Origin: the human T2T-CHM13v2.0 reference genome, Homo sapiens
Length of the DNA: 64,000 nucleotides
NCBI RefSeq assembly: GCF_009914755.1
Contig: NC_060938.1
Reading direction: 5' to 3' (one strand)
The notes below the pieces were generated by a model. That model did not search any database. It saw nothing but the letters and a program-made list of their open reading frames with translations, and had not been told where the DNA came from. Below, piece after piece: positions 34,323 to 49,236 of the stretch (within the stretch, counting starts at the first letter, position 1; each line of letters opens with the position of its first letter). Both the position numbers and the translations under genes were made by a program.

Positions 34323-36158
34323 CTTTGTGGTTTTATCTACCTTTGGTCTTTGTTGATGGTGATGTACAGATGGGGTTTTGGTGTGGATGTCCTTTGTGTT
34401 TGTTAGTTTTCCTTGTAACAGTCAGGACCTTCAGCTGCAGGTCTGTTGGAGTTTGCTGGAGGTCCACTCCAGTCCCTGTTTGCCTGAGTATCACCAGTGG
34501 AGGTTGCAGAACAGCAAATATTGCAGAACGGCAAATGTTGTTTCCTGATCCTTCCTCTGGAAGCTTCGTCTCAGAGGGGCACCTGGCTGTATGAGGTGTC
34601 AGTCGGCCCCTACTGGGAGGTGTCTCCCAGTTAGGCTACTTGGGGGTCAGGGACCCACTTGAGGAAGCAGTCTGTCCATTCTCAGATCTCAAACTCTGCA
34701 CTGGGAGAAACACTACTCTCTTCAAAGCTGTCATATAGGGACGTTTAAGTCTGCAGAAGTTTCTGCTGCCTTTTGTTCAGCTATGCCCTGCCCCCAGAGG
34801 TGGAGTCTACAGAGGCAGGCAGGCCTCCTTGAGCTGTGGTGGGCTGCACCCAGTTCGAGCTTCCTGGCTGCTTTGTTTACCTACTCAAGCCTCAGCAATG
34901 GTGGGCACCCCTCCTCCAGCCTCACTGCTGCCTTGCAGTTTGATCTCAGACTGCTGTGTTAGCAGTGAGCGAGGCTCTGTGGGTGTGGGACCCTCCGAGC
35001 TGGGCGCGGGATATAATCTCCTGGTATGCCATTTTGCTAAGACCGTTGGAAAAGCACAGTATTAGGGTGGGAGTGTCCCGATTTTCCAGGTACCATCTGT
35101 CATGGCTTCCCTTGGTTCGGAAAGGGAATTCCCCAACCCCTTGTGTTTCCTGGATGAGGTGATGTCCCGCCGTACTTCAGCTCACACTCTGTGGGCTGCA
35201 CCCACTGTCCGACAAGCCCCAGTGAGATGAACCCGGTACCTCAATTGGAAATGCAGAAATCACCCATCTTCTGCGTTGCTCATGCTGGGAGTTGTAGACT
35301 GGAGCTGTTCGAATTTGGCCATCTTGGAACCTCCCCCCAATTTCCTTCCTTTTTAAGGCTGAATAATATTCACTCTACGTATATACTACATTTTGTTTAT
35401 CCATTTATTCATTAATGGACACTTAGGCTGCTTCCATCTTTTGTTTATTGTGTATGATGCTGCTGTGAACATGGGTGTATCATATCTGTTGGAGTTCCTG
35501 ATTTCAATTCTTTGGATATATTCCCAGAAGCAAAATCGCTGGATCATATGGTAATTCTATATTTAACTTTTTCAGGAACTGGCATACCATTTTTCACACT
35601 GGCTGCACCATTTTCCATTCCCACTAGCCATGCACAAAGCTTCCAATTTCTCCACATCCTCCCCAACACTTGTTGTTTTCTGTTTTTTGGTAATAGCCAT
35701 CCTAATGAGTGTGAAGTGGTATCTTAATATTGTTTTGATTTGCATTTCCCTAACAATTGGTAATGTTGAGCATCTTTTCACGTGCCTATTGGCCATTTGT
35801 ATATCTTTGGAGAAATGTCTATATTCAAGTCATTTGCCCATTGTTTAGTTGGGTTCTTTGTTTTTGTTGTTGTTGTTGAGTTGGTACCTTGTTTTATGTA
35901 GGAGAAAGATGGGTCATAGAAAGGGTACACTCAATCAACAACACTTCGCTGGATGTTGTCAGAGCCAGGGCCAGAATCTAGGGGCCCCAGCATCCCAACA
36001 GGGCTCTTTGTCACCCTTTGTTCATTACAGGGGAGGAAACAAGTCCAGAGGGTGAGGAGACTTTCTTAGGGCTGTAGCCTTTAGGGCACAATCCACTGCA
36101 TAACAAACTCCAGTTTCTGTATTTTGCCAAGTGATTGCAGCCTGGTTTCTCATCCCTA

Positions 36159-36535
36159 GTGTTATGGACTGAATTGTTTCCCCTCAAAATTCATCTGTTG
36201 AAGCCCTAACCCTCAATGTTACTGTATTTGGAGATGGGGCCTTTAAGGAGGTAATTAAGGTTAAATGAGGTCAAAAGGATGGGGCCCTAATCAAATCAGA
36301 CTGGTATCCTCATAAGAAGAGGAAGAAACACCAGGAGTGCGCACGCACAGAGGAAAGGTCATGTGAGGACACAGCAAGAAGGCAGCCATCTGCAAGCCAG
36401 GAAGACAGGCCTCCCTGAAAACCAACCTGCTGGCACCTTGATCATGGACTTCCAGCTTCCACAATTGTGAGAAAAGAAATTGTTGTTCAAGTCAAACTGT
36501 GATATTCTGTTATGGCAGCCCTAGCAAACTAAGAT
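36159..36535 (+). mobile_element. MLT1A/B LTR
   Basis: tgttatggactgaattg...tatggcagccctagcaaactaaga. Confidence 0.88.
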
Positions 36536-37749
36536 GCCTGGATTAGAAAAGCTACAGATGGAGGAGAACTCAGAGATAAACGCCAGGGTGCATGGATGGT
36601 CGTTTTGGCCAAGAGGATCCCATATAGGCCAGGGCCACGTTAAATTTTTCTGGAAGCTTATAGGCTTCGATCTGATGTGCAAATAATCCTCTTCTGGCAG
36701 AACACAACTTCCTGATGTTGAAAATAAAGAGCTTAACAAAGCCTAGTAAAATAATTCCAAAGGCTTCCTGGATATCAAATAGCCCTCACTGAAAAGCACT
36801 TTGATGATTTAAACGTCCCAGACATGTGCATATTAGATATTTCCCTCAAAGTGCAGATGGTTTTGCCACTGGTATTGAACTCTTCCTCTTCTGTTCTCTT
36901 CTCCTCATTCTCCTCATACTCAATTTGGGTGGTTTATCTTGGCCATTTCTGATGTCTGTATGTCAATCTTTCCCTCCTTGTCCTCCAGATTAGCTGCTTT
37001 TCTTTCTCGCTTTCCTCCTAAGATTGCTTATTTCTGTAAGATCTAGTTAGTCTTCAGATGGTCCGGGCTGCAGGCAAATAGAATCTAGCAAGCAAGGGTC
37101 AATGGATGGAGGAAGTTAAGAGCAATTGCCAAGTGCACATGGGTGGGGCAAACTGGGCATTGGCTGGCTCTTAAGGATGGGCCTAGGGTGGGATCTGGCA
37201 TTCCCAGTGGGACACTGAGGCAGAACCCTAATCAAGGAGTAGGAATGGGTTCAATACCATGGAGGTTGCCCAGCATGGTGCAGTAGCCCATGTCTGCAGA
37301 CTCCATTTTCTAAGCCACTGACTTCATCCCTCACCCTTTGCTCTATTTTCCCAGGTTCTAGCCCCTGGCCTTGCTGCCAGCCTTCCTGCTCACCTCACTC
37401 ACCCGTCCGGTTTCTTTGAGTTTCATGCTAGGTAGTCTTTCATCTCTTTCTTGGCTTTCTCTTCTCACTGGAGACTCTCAAGGCAATTTCACCATCCCAA
37501 GACTTCTCTCAGGGTCAAGAGTAGGATCCCAATAGGAGGCAGGGGATGGCAGAGACTCACCTGTCTAAGCTTCTTAGAGTAAGCTCTGGCACATGCCACA
37601 TGAGCTCGTGGTGATGTTCCACACCCAAGGGTCTCTGAAGGTTTTACCTGCTGAGTTAGTAACTGGGTGGGATGGGAAGACCTAAGGAGGTAGTAAACTT
37701 GGAATTTGTACTCAGCAATGAGGACTCCAAATTTAGAGCTCACTCTACT

Positions 37750-39368
<1,619 letters not shown>

Positions 39369-40049
39369 TAATCCTTTGGTGAACTAAAGTAGGAAAGCCA
39401 TTCTCTCAGTGGTCACCTTACTCTTTTGCTTTTTAAATTTAAGCTACAGCCCAAACAATGGGAGACTTCAACATCACACAGCAATTCTACACCATTTCAG
39501 GAAGCACAGGTGGCTCTGAGTCTCACTTCTGTCACGTACCAGCTGTGTGATGATGCTGGCAAATCATTTCACTTTCATTTAATTCTTCTGAAATAATCTG
39601 CTCCTCTGCAGAGTGGGAAAAATACCTGTGCTTATAGTGGGTCATTGTGAGTCTGGATGACCCACTGTCCAAAAGTTCTTTGGAAATTGTTAATTTGCAA
39701 ATGCGAAGGATTATCTTAAAAAATGGAAAAACTTAGGCAAAACTTCCTGTCTCAGCTTATGAAAAACTCATTTTATGCGGGCCCTTTGCCTACAGTGAAT
39801 GAATGCAGAGAACAAGGAAAACAGTAAAACATTTGGGTGTTGGTCCTAACTTAATCCAGCCATAAAGTTACAAGACTTTTGAATTTTGACCACCTTTAAA
39901 AACAGACAGTTGGGTGTGAATATATCTCACTTAAAGGTTGTTTAAATCGTTAGAGGTACATTACGTTAACACGTGCAACAGCTAGAGAGTAACTGGTAAC
40001 AGCAGAGGCCTTCTCCAGCTTAAGAGTTAGTAAGGTTTCAAAAGCAAGT

Positions 40050-40132
40050 CTCAAACCCCTGACCTAAAGTGATTCACCTGCCTCGGCCTCCCAAAGTGCT
40101 GGGATTACAGGTGTGAGCCACTGTGTCCAGCC
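40050..40132 (-). mobile_element. Tailless 83-bp Alu 5' fragment with TSD
   Basis: Flanked by exact caaaagcaagt (40039-40049, 40133-40143); no poly(A). Confidence 0.88.
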
Positions 40133-40320
40133 CAAAAGCAAGTGAGTTGTTTGAAGTTTCAGAACTAATTTCACAACACAATTCATGTTGTAAATGTTGT
40201 TTGAATTCCTAAGCTAGCTCACAAGCCAATTTGCCTATTACCATAGCTAAATTCAGCAATAAAAAAGTAATATTAATAGTAACAATGTGTAAAGAGCATT
40301 ATGGTTTACAAAGCATTAAA

Positions 40321-40448
40321 TTTTTTTTAGAGATGAGATCTCGCTATGTTGCCAAGGCTGGTCTCAAACTCCTGGCCTCAAGCGATCCTCCTCCCACCTC
40401 AGCTTCCACTGTAGCTGGGATTACAGGCATGGGCCACCATGCCTGGCT
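40321..40448 (-). mobile_element. FLAM monomer
   Basis: Left monomer only; TSD acaaagcatt. Confidence 0.88.
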
Positions 40449-40924
40449 ACAAAGCATTTCTATGTCCAGTAACTTGAAACCCTCAGCTATATTCTATGAT
40501 AGGATCTTTCTTTCCATTTCAAAGATGAGAAAACTGAGGCGTAGAGAGGCCAAGACCTTGTGCCTCACCTGCCGATTTCAAGATGTACATCTTTACTGTC
40601 TTCTAGAACCAGTCCCAATCAGCATCATTCTAAGTGTTCCACCCTGGATCCCCACGGGCACACTTGTGCCTGCATGTGCAGGATCTGGGGATTCCCCTAT
40701 CACCTGCACAGACTCCCACCTGGGTCAGTGGGAGATTCAGCAGCACAGGGCCAAGGGCAGAAGTATTAGGAGAGAGAGAGGCAACCGTAGTATTATAGTT
40801 TTTGAGGGATGCCTGTTGCCCCTTGGGATCCTAGTTACACTTCCTTTAATTCCAAGGAAACGGACTCATCTGTAATTAGAAGCAAAGTTACTGATTCTAA
40901 TTTAAGCAAAAGAATGGGTGTATT

Positions 40925-41240
40925 GCTTAGGATTCATTCTGGCTGCTAATGACTGAGACCCGTAATCATATTAGCCTATGTAGGATGGAAGACTTTTTTT
41001 TCCCTCTCTCCTAAAGCCAGAAGGCAGGTGGTGCAGGGCTGGTATGGCAGTTTCATAAACTCCTTAGGAACCAGGCTCCATCTACCTTTCTCTCCACCAT
41101 CTTCAGGGCTGGTTTCCATCCTCAAGTTCACTTTACAGCTGCAATACAATCACTGTAGATCCAACCGTCACATCGGTATTCCAGGTAAAAAAAGGAAAGA
41201 GAATAGACAAAGTGCATCTCCCAGAGGAGTTAGTGCCTTT
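40925..41240 (-). mobile_element. MLT1K/L-like LTR fragment
   Basis: gtgcagggctggtatggcagttt...ggaaccaggctcc. Confidence 0.55.
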
Positions 41241-42334
41241 AAAGCTGGGGGTACATTTACACACACAGTAAACTCCATCTTGTTTCTCTAAGGAAAAAGG
41301 GAGACTAGGTACTGGCATCTCTGCCTTGTTGGAATTCTGGTGTCTCCTGGAACTGAAGGATAGGACCAGGGCGAATCTGAACATCTCAGGAACCCACGGA
41401 ATGTCTCTATAGGGGGCTGCTGTGGGATAACTCTGCCTTCACTCCTGGAGAATATCTACTCAAGACTCAAATTCCCAGGAGAAGGAGAGCCTAAATTTAA
41501 GTTTAGCCTAGCTGCCCATTGGATGGTCAGGGAAATGAGGCTTCACAGTTGACACGCCTCCAATTCTATGGACTGGGGCAGGATCCTTCCCGAAAGAAAG
41601 GGATTTGGGAAGGAAAAAGTCACAAGTGTCTTTCTAGCTTCATCTGTTGTTCCATTTCATCCTCCCTGTTCCAGCTCTAGACTCTTCTGAGCAGAGAGAA
41701 GGCTTGTAGGGGTGTGGCACAAAAAGAACAGGGCTCTTGAGGTCTACATATCGGGTTAATCACGGTTCGGCCACTGGCCAGCTCTGTGATGTTCCCATCA
41801 CTTTGCTGGGCCTCAGTTTCCTCAGCTATTAGAATGAGAATAATCCTAGCCACCAGGCTGTGGGTTGTGAGGATTAATGTAGGAGTCATGGCGTTTTCCC
41901 AGTCTCTTTAGTTTTGAGTATGAACGGGTCACTTTGACAGTGGCAACCTAAGTCTTGCAGATTGTCCATGACGTGTGATGCCTCCTTCCCCTGCTTCAAG
42001 GACTAATGAGGGCATCTGGGGATGCCTTGCACATGTGCTTACTCCCGGCATCGGTGCTGCCTTGCCAGGCACCTGGACCATGGTCCTTCACTGGGCCCGG
42101 GAGTCCTCAGAATATCAAAACGGAGCTATGGTCTGAGGACACTGTAGGTAAAAAGCTCTTCTACCCTCTTTTTATGTTACTCTCAGTAGGAGGAACCCCA
42201 ACTTAGCACTCAGGCCCACAACTTTTAGAGTTTTCTTATAGCCTCTTATCTCCCCAAGACTCAGACATGTATCCATGGGGCAGGGCGTGGGGCAGAGCTG
42301 AGCTTAGGTTTCTTGGCTGGGTCACGATGGCTAA

Positions 42335-43200
42335 AGTTGTTCGTTGCCTAACCAAAAATCTGCCCTCTCAGTTCTCCTTAAGAAATGAATCTTGATTCCC
42401 AGTTGGGCCTCTTGCCGCCTGGGGCAAAAGAGAAGATTTCTCAGCCTCCCATGGAGCTTGGTATGTCCATGTGATCAAGTTCTGGCCAACAGGATGTAAG
42501 CAAAACTGCTGTGTGTAAGGAAGTCTGTTTAAAGAACCGACTCACCTCGAAGCATGTCCCTTTTTGCGCTCTTCCCTCTTTCTTTCAGCCAGCAGCCTGA
42601 GATGCAATGGCTGGAGCTCCAACAGCCATCTTGGACCATGAGGAAAGCTTGTGGATGGAAGCTATGTTCTCAAACAGTGAAGCAGAAATATTGAAACCTA
42701 TGTTCTTAATGACACGGTGGGATCAGACCAGTACTGGGCCATTGGTTCTGGACCTTATTTGCCTGAAAGAAAAATAAATTTCTTTTTCTTTCTTTCTTTC
42801 TTTCTTTTTTTTTTTTTGGAGACAGGGTCTCATTCTGTTGCCAAGGCTGGAGTGCAGAGGGGCAATCTCAGCTCATTGCAACCTCGACCCGACCTCCCAG
42901 GCTCAAGCAATCCTTCCAACTCAGCCTCCTGAGTAGCTGGGACTACAGGTGTTTGCCACCACACCCAGCTAATTTTTGTGTTATTTGTAGAGATGACTTT
43001 TTGCCATGTTGCCTAGGCTTGTCTTGAATGCCTAAGTTCAAGTGATCCTCCCATCTTGGCCTCCCAAAGTGCTGGAATTATAGATGTGAGCCACCACACC
43101 TGGTCAGAAAATAAGTTTCAATTTTGTTTTGTTTAAGCTATAGTTAATTTTAGGGATTTTTGCCCCCTGCTATATTCAGCTGAAGTGAATCCTAATGGAT
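42335..43200 (+). mobile_element. LTR33-like LTR split by AluJ
   Basis: gttctggccaacaggatgtaagc...gctggagctccaacagccatcttggaccatgagg. Confidence 0.75.
42783..43105 (-). mobile_element. AluJ
   Basis: Antisense dimer; TSD agaaaa(a)taa(a/g)tttc. Confidence 0.92.
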
Positions 43201-45559
43201 AGTACCCTACTTATGCCATGTAATTCCTTTTTTCACTTCGGATGGATTCTCTCCCAGGAGACCTCTTAGTCCATGTGCAAATAGATTTCTAATGGGTTCC
43301 TACCCCATGGTATTCCAGACACGTCCAGGTCCACCTGAATCAAACTGGGACCCTCACATCAGAGTGGCATATCGAATGTACCCATCACATTTTAGCTAGT
43401 ATTATAATACATGGCCAGGCACCATTCCTAGCACAAAAGGCTCAAAAAAATTAGTCAGCTCTTTCTGCTTCCTTTATATGTGTAGGGAGTCACCTCCTTC
43501 TACCTGTTAGGTCTGGGCTGTAACCTAGGGGAGCTGAGCTAGGAGGTAGAGAAAATTCTAGATAAGCAGCTATGAACTGATTTGTTCCCTAAAAGTCAGT
43601 TTCTACTTTTGCTTCCCCTTTAGGATGCTGCTGGGCCAGATCCCAAGCTCATCAACACTTCCTGTGTAGCTGTGGGAGTGGGAGTCCCAAAGGAAGATGA
43701 TAAAGCCTCTATCCTCAGTGGTACTTTGCCAAACGGGGACTAATAACACCAAATGATTTGTGTTGGGACTGGGAGAGTCCCAGGAGCACCATGTCAGCTC
43801 AAACCATCGCTCCAACAATTCACTATGACCCTCTGAGGTCTGACTTGTCCCAAATAGCCCATAGGTTTCCTGGGTTACCTACCTTGGACCTCAGGACTCA
43901 GAGAAACTCTCCACTTCCATCCCCCACCCCCTGCTGACCTGAATCTAGGCAACTGCTGAAGCAGAGGTGCCTCATTGCTATTAGGCTCATGGGTGGTTAG
44001 AGTGACTTTTGTTGTTTCAATGTATTATTTTTTTAAAGCAGGAAATCAGATCTCAGCCAATTGTAGAAATTCAGCTTGTTAAATGAACTTGAACTAAGGA
44101 AAAGGGGAATAAAAAACCATCCCAAACAAATGGAATGAATGGGGCCAAGTCAAGAGATGGCTTCCTTCCATGTCTCAGCTAAATGCAGGAAGTATGCTTC
44201 TCCCGGCCCTGGATCCTGAGGCTGGGGAGTCGTTATTCCCCCCTACCCTAGTCCCCATCTCCCTCTCACTCCTCACCCCAGGCCTGGCTGAGGAGTCTGG
44301 GCTTTATCTTCCACCAAAGTCACCTGAGGAATCTGGGGACCAGGCTCAATCAGGGGACCCCAGTGAGTGGCTATCCTGAGGCCCTGCAGCCCTCCTTCCT
44401 TCCTGGAGTCTTAAGAGTTAAGGCCTAGGAAGGTCTTTGCTTTGCAGAGACTCTCAGACAACAGAAGGGGAGGCTGAGGTGTGGAGATCCAGAGGAGGCT
44501 CAGGCAAGGGGTCCCAAACCAGTGTTCCTAAGGAAAATGCTCCTAGAAGCATTCTTTGTTGTTCCCTTCACAAGGTGCTGGCTTAACTGTGGAGTCCCTT
44601 CACCAGTTCCACTGAAATAGACATAGTTCCCCTTACTCATTCCTCCAAGGGAACAAGATTTCCTGGTAGCCACCCAGCTGTATTTCCTAAAGCTGGCCCT
44701 GGAAGACTTTATGGACTAAGTGTTAGAAAGTCTTGGAAAATTCTAGCATGCTATCATATTCTGCGCTATGCACACACACTCTATAAAAGTAAAAATTAGC
44801 TGGTACCTGGGGAGACAGCGCCTTGGGGTGTCTTGCACCACAGCCCAAGAGAGCTCACAGGTTTTCTTCATTATACATAGGACTCATCAGGCAAGATTTG
44901 TTTTTATGGCATCTAACTCTCCATTTGAAAGGTTAATGCAAATCCAGTGACAAATTAAAATATCTCTTTAAAACTGTGATGGTGAGAGGATCTTGAGAAT
45001 TTCTAATAAGTAAGGGATGGTAAATGGAATCTAAAGGTATTCTTTATTACCAATTTATAATATGCAAACTATCACTGTCAGTCTATTTAATTTGTGTATT
45101 AGTTATTTATTGCTGCATAACAAATTATCTCCAAACACAGTGGCTTAAAACAGCATTGATTAGCTCATAGATTTTGTGGGCCAGAATTTAGGAGTGTCTG
45201 GCTCAGAGCTTCTGGCACAAGGTCTCTCATGAGTTGCAGTCAAGCCGTCGGTTGGGGTTGCCATCTCAGATGAAAGCTCAACCGAGGTTGGGATCTGCTT
45301 TCAAACTTACTTCCATGCTTACTGGAAGTCCTTGTTCCCTCACTCACCATGTGAACCTCTCCACAGCTGCCTCACAACATGACATTTGACCTCCCCCAGA
45401 CTAAGTAATCCAAGAGAGACAGAGGCCCCAAACAGAAGCCACAGTCTTTTAATAACCTAATGTTGAAAGAAATATCCCTATTAGTTTCACCATATTCTAT
45501 GTTAAAAATGATCATTTGATCCAGGCCACACTCAAGGGAAGAAGATTAAATAAGGACAT

Positions 45560-48110
45560 TGTCTTTGTGTGTTTTGTAATGCTATAAAGGAATACTGGAG
45601 ACTAGGTAATTTATAAAGAAAAGAGATTTATTTGGCTCAGGATTTGGCAGGCTGTACAAGAAACACTGTGAGAGCATCTACTTCTGGTGAGGCTTCAGGC
45701 TGCTTCCACTCATGGTGGAAGGTGAGGGGAGCCAGCATGTGCAGAGATCACATGGTGAGAGAGGAAGCAAGTGAGAGTGGAGGGAGACACCAGGCTGTTT
45801 TTAACAACCAGCTCTCATGGGAAAGAATAGAGCGAGAACTCAACCCAGCCCACCCAACCCCTGGAAGGGGATTAATCTATTCCTGAGGGATCTGCCCCCA
45901 TGACCCAAACGCCTCCCATTAGTCCCCACTCCAACACTGAGGATCAAATTTCAACATGAGGTTTTGGGGACAAACATCCAAACTATAGCATCCCACCCCT
46001 GGCCCCCAAAACTTATGTCCATCTCACATTACAAAATACAATTATTCCTTCTCAATAGTCCCCCAAAATCTTAACTTATTTCAGCATTAACTAAAAAGTT
46101 CAAAGTCTCTCCTGAGACTCAAGGCAATTTCCTTCTAGCTATGAGCGCATAAAATAAAAAAGTTATTTATTTCCAGGATACAATGATTGTACCAGCATTG
46201 GGTAAATATTTCCATTCCAAAAGGGAGAACTCACTCTGCCAAAAGAAAGGGGTAAGAGGCCCCACACAAGTCCAAAACTCAATAGGGCAGACAAAATATC
46301 GTAGAGCTCCAAAATCTCCTGGGACTCCATGCCATGTTTCCTGACACACTGGTGTGAGGGATGGGTTCCTAAAGCCTTGGGAAGGCCTACCCCCATGGCT
46401 GCTCTCATGAGTTGGAGTCTGGTGCCTGTAGCTTTTCCAGGCTGAGGGTGCATGCTGCTAGTGGTTCTGTAATTCTGGGGTCCCCAAGGCAGCCCCATTC
46501 CCTAGGGTCTCAGGCTTTTTGATACATCCTCTGAAATCAAGGTGGAAGCTGTCACACCTCCATGGTTCTTGCATTCAAGGTGCCTGCAGACTTATCATGT
46601 TAAAGCTGCCAAGGCTTACCACTTGTGCCCTTTGGAGTGGCAGCCCAAGCAGTACTTGGGGTGGTTTGGACCTTGGCTAAAGCTGGAGTGGCCAGTATTG
46701 TGGAGCAGCCTCTTGAAGTGGTGCAGGGCAACAGTGTGTGCTGGGATGTCCCACAGAACCATTCTGTCCTCCTAGGCCTCTGGGCCTGTGATGGGAGGGG
46801 TAGCCTCAAAGACCTCTGAAATGCCTTTGAGGTCTTCCCTCCATTGTCTTGGCTATTAGCATCTGGCTCTCTTTTATTCATGCTAATCTCTCCATGGTTG
46901 TTCCATAGTACTCTTGGATTCCTCTCCTGAAAATGCTCTTTCTTTCTATAACACAGGGTCAGGCTGCAAATTTTCCACAATTTTATTAATTCTTAATTAT
47001 AAATTCCACCTTTAGGTCATTCCTTTGCTGCTGTATCTGATTGTAAGGTGTTAAAAGTAGCCACACCATTTCTTGAATGCTTTGCTGCTTAGAAATTTCT
47101 TCTGCCAGACCCTAGGTCATCAATTTTAAGCTCAGTCTTCCACAAAGCCCTAGGGCATGGACACAGTGTAGTCAAGTCATTTGCTACAGTGTAACAAGGG
47201 TGACCTTTGCTCCAGTTCCCAATAAATTCCTCATTTCCATCTGAGCCCTCATCCCCACGGCCTTTACTGTCTATATTTCTATTAGCATTTTGGTCACAAC
47301 CACATAACTAATCTCTAAGAAGTTCTAAACTTTCCCTTATCTTCTACATTTTTTTTTTTTTTTTTGAGACAGAGTTCACACTGTCACCCAGGTGGAGTGC
47401 AGTGGTGCAATCTTGGCTCATTGCAACCTCTGCCTCCCAAGTTCAAATAATTCTCATGCCTCAGCCTCCCAAGTAGTTGGATTACAGGCATGTGCCACCA
47501 CACCTGGCTAATTTTTGTATTTTAGTAGAGACAAGATTTCACCATGTTAGCCAGGCTGGTCTTGAACTCCTGGCCTCAGGTGTTCTGCCCACCTTGGCCT
47601 CCCAAAGTGCTAGGATTACAGGTGTGAGCCACCGTGCCTGGCCTTCATGTATCTTTATAGCAATGTCCCACTTCTCAGTACCAATTTTCTTATTCCATTT
47701 AGTATTGCTATAAAGGAATACCTGAAGCTGGGTAATTTATAAGGAAAAGAGGTTTATTTGGGTTACATGTTTGCAGGCTCTGCAAGGAGCATGGCACCAA
47801 CATCTGCTTCTAATAAGGCCTCAGGCTGCTTCCACTCATGGCAGATGGTGATGGGAGCCAGTGTGTGCAGAGACCACATGGTGAAACAGGAAGCAAGACA
47901 GAGAGAGGAAGGAGGTACCAGATTCTCTTTAACAACCAACTCCCATGTGAACTAATAGAGCAAGAACTCACCCCCACCCAGGGAAGGGATTGATCTATTC
48001 ATGAGGGATCCACCCTCACGACCCAAACACCCCTCTAGAGGCCACCCCACCAACACTGGAGATCAAATTTCAACATGAGACTTTGGGAGACAAATATCCA
48101 AACTACAGCA
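45560..48110 (-). mobile_element. Complete MST MaLR provirus (LTR 45560-45990, internal, LTR ~47686-48110)
   Basis: Two direct LTRs ending atccaaacta(t/c)agca; aattggtactgagaagtgg (minus) next to the right LTR; purine tract next to the left LTR; TSD gacat/ggcat. Confidence 0.9.
47349..47643 (-). mobile_element. AluS inside MST internal region
   Basis: Antisense dimer. Confidence 0.95.
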
Positions 48111-48479
48111 GGCATGAAAACCAGGAGGCAGGAATCACTGGGGGACACCTCAGAAGCTGCCTTCCACCCTTCCACCATTTCTATCTTTTCTTTCCTTCTT
48201 TTTTTGTAAACATTTCAAATACAGGATTTCTTTGGCTTAATCATCACCTTGGTGTGCCTACTGTTTTTCTGAGGTTCTCAGGAACCTAAGTCTTGAGGTT
48301 AGAGAGAGAACTCTATCCTGCAGTTAATAGGGTCTTTAAAATTCCCCTGCTTTTGGGATAAATGTTCCACAGGTTGAATTTTCCAGACAACTGAAGGTTT
48401 TTCCTTTTATGCATCCAAATTCTTCCCATACTGTACAGGAGACCCAGGTTATTCTGGAATATAATTCCCCAAACCATGG

Positions 48480-48572
48480 AGATCTTGACCTCAGTTGAGC
48501 TTTCATCTGAGACAGCAACCCCAACCAACAGCTTGACTGCAGCTCATGAGAGACCTTGTGCCAGAGCTCTGA
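48480..48572. repeat. Inverted copy of 45203-45296
   Basis: ~10 differences over 94 bp by eye. Confidence 0.88.
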
Positions 48573-48878
48573 TTATGGAAGGAAAGGTATGTACCTGTGA
48601 CTCAGCAATTGTAATCCCACAGTGCCCATTTCCTGTCAACATCCTCACACATTAAGCTAAATGTAAGTTTTGCTAACATATTCTCTCTTACTTGATTAAT
48701 AATATTTGTGCTGGTTGGAACAATTGCTGAAAGAGCTTCAAGAATCCATTTTTCTTGTTTCTAAAGGACTTGGTTATGTTCTAGCTATGAGCCAACATTG
48801 AATTAAGCATTTTTTTCTTTAAATTCCTCCAAGCATTTATTTCCTGTGAAAGAACCATCAATTTCTTAGTCATCCTCA

Positions 48879-49236
<358 letters not shown>

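Larger units (their letters stand above)
45095..48166 (-). mobile_element. MLT1F/G/H-like LTR (45095-45559 + 48111-48166) split by an MST provirus
   Basis: tgtattagttatttattgctgcataacaaatta start; end ggcatgaaaaccaggaggcagg...ccttccac follows the MST. Confidence 0.8.

Noticed and set aside
40675-40710. 36-bp quasi-palindrome tgtgcagg...cctgcaca
   Set aside because: Short and imperfect; could be chance or old TE structure
40231-40875. 214-aa ORF
   Set aside because: Reads through FLAM and MIR sequence; no recognisable domain
45560-48110. 430-bp direct repeat as a tandem duplication
   Set aside because: The two LTRs of one MST provirus
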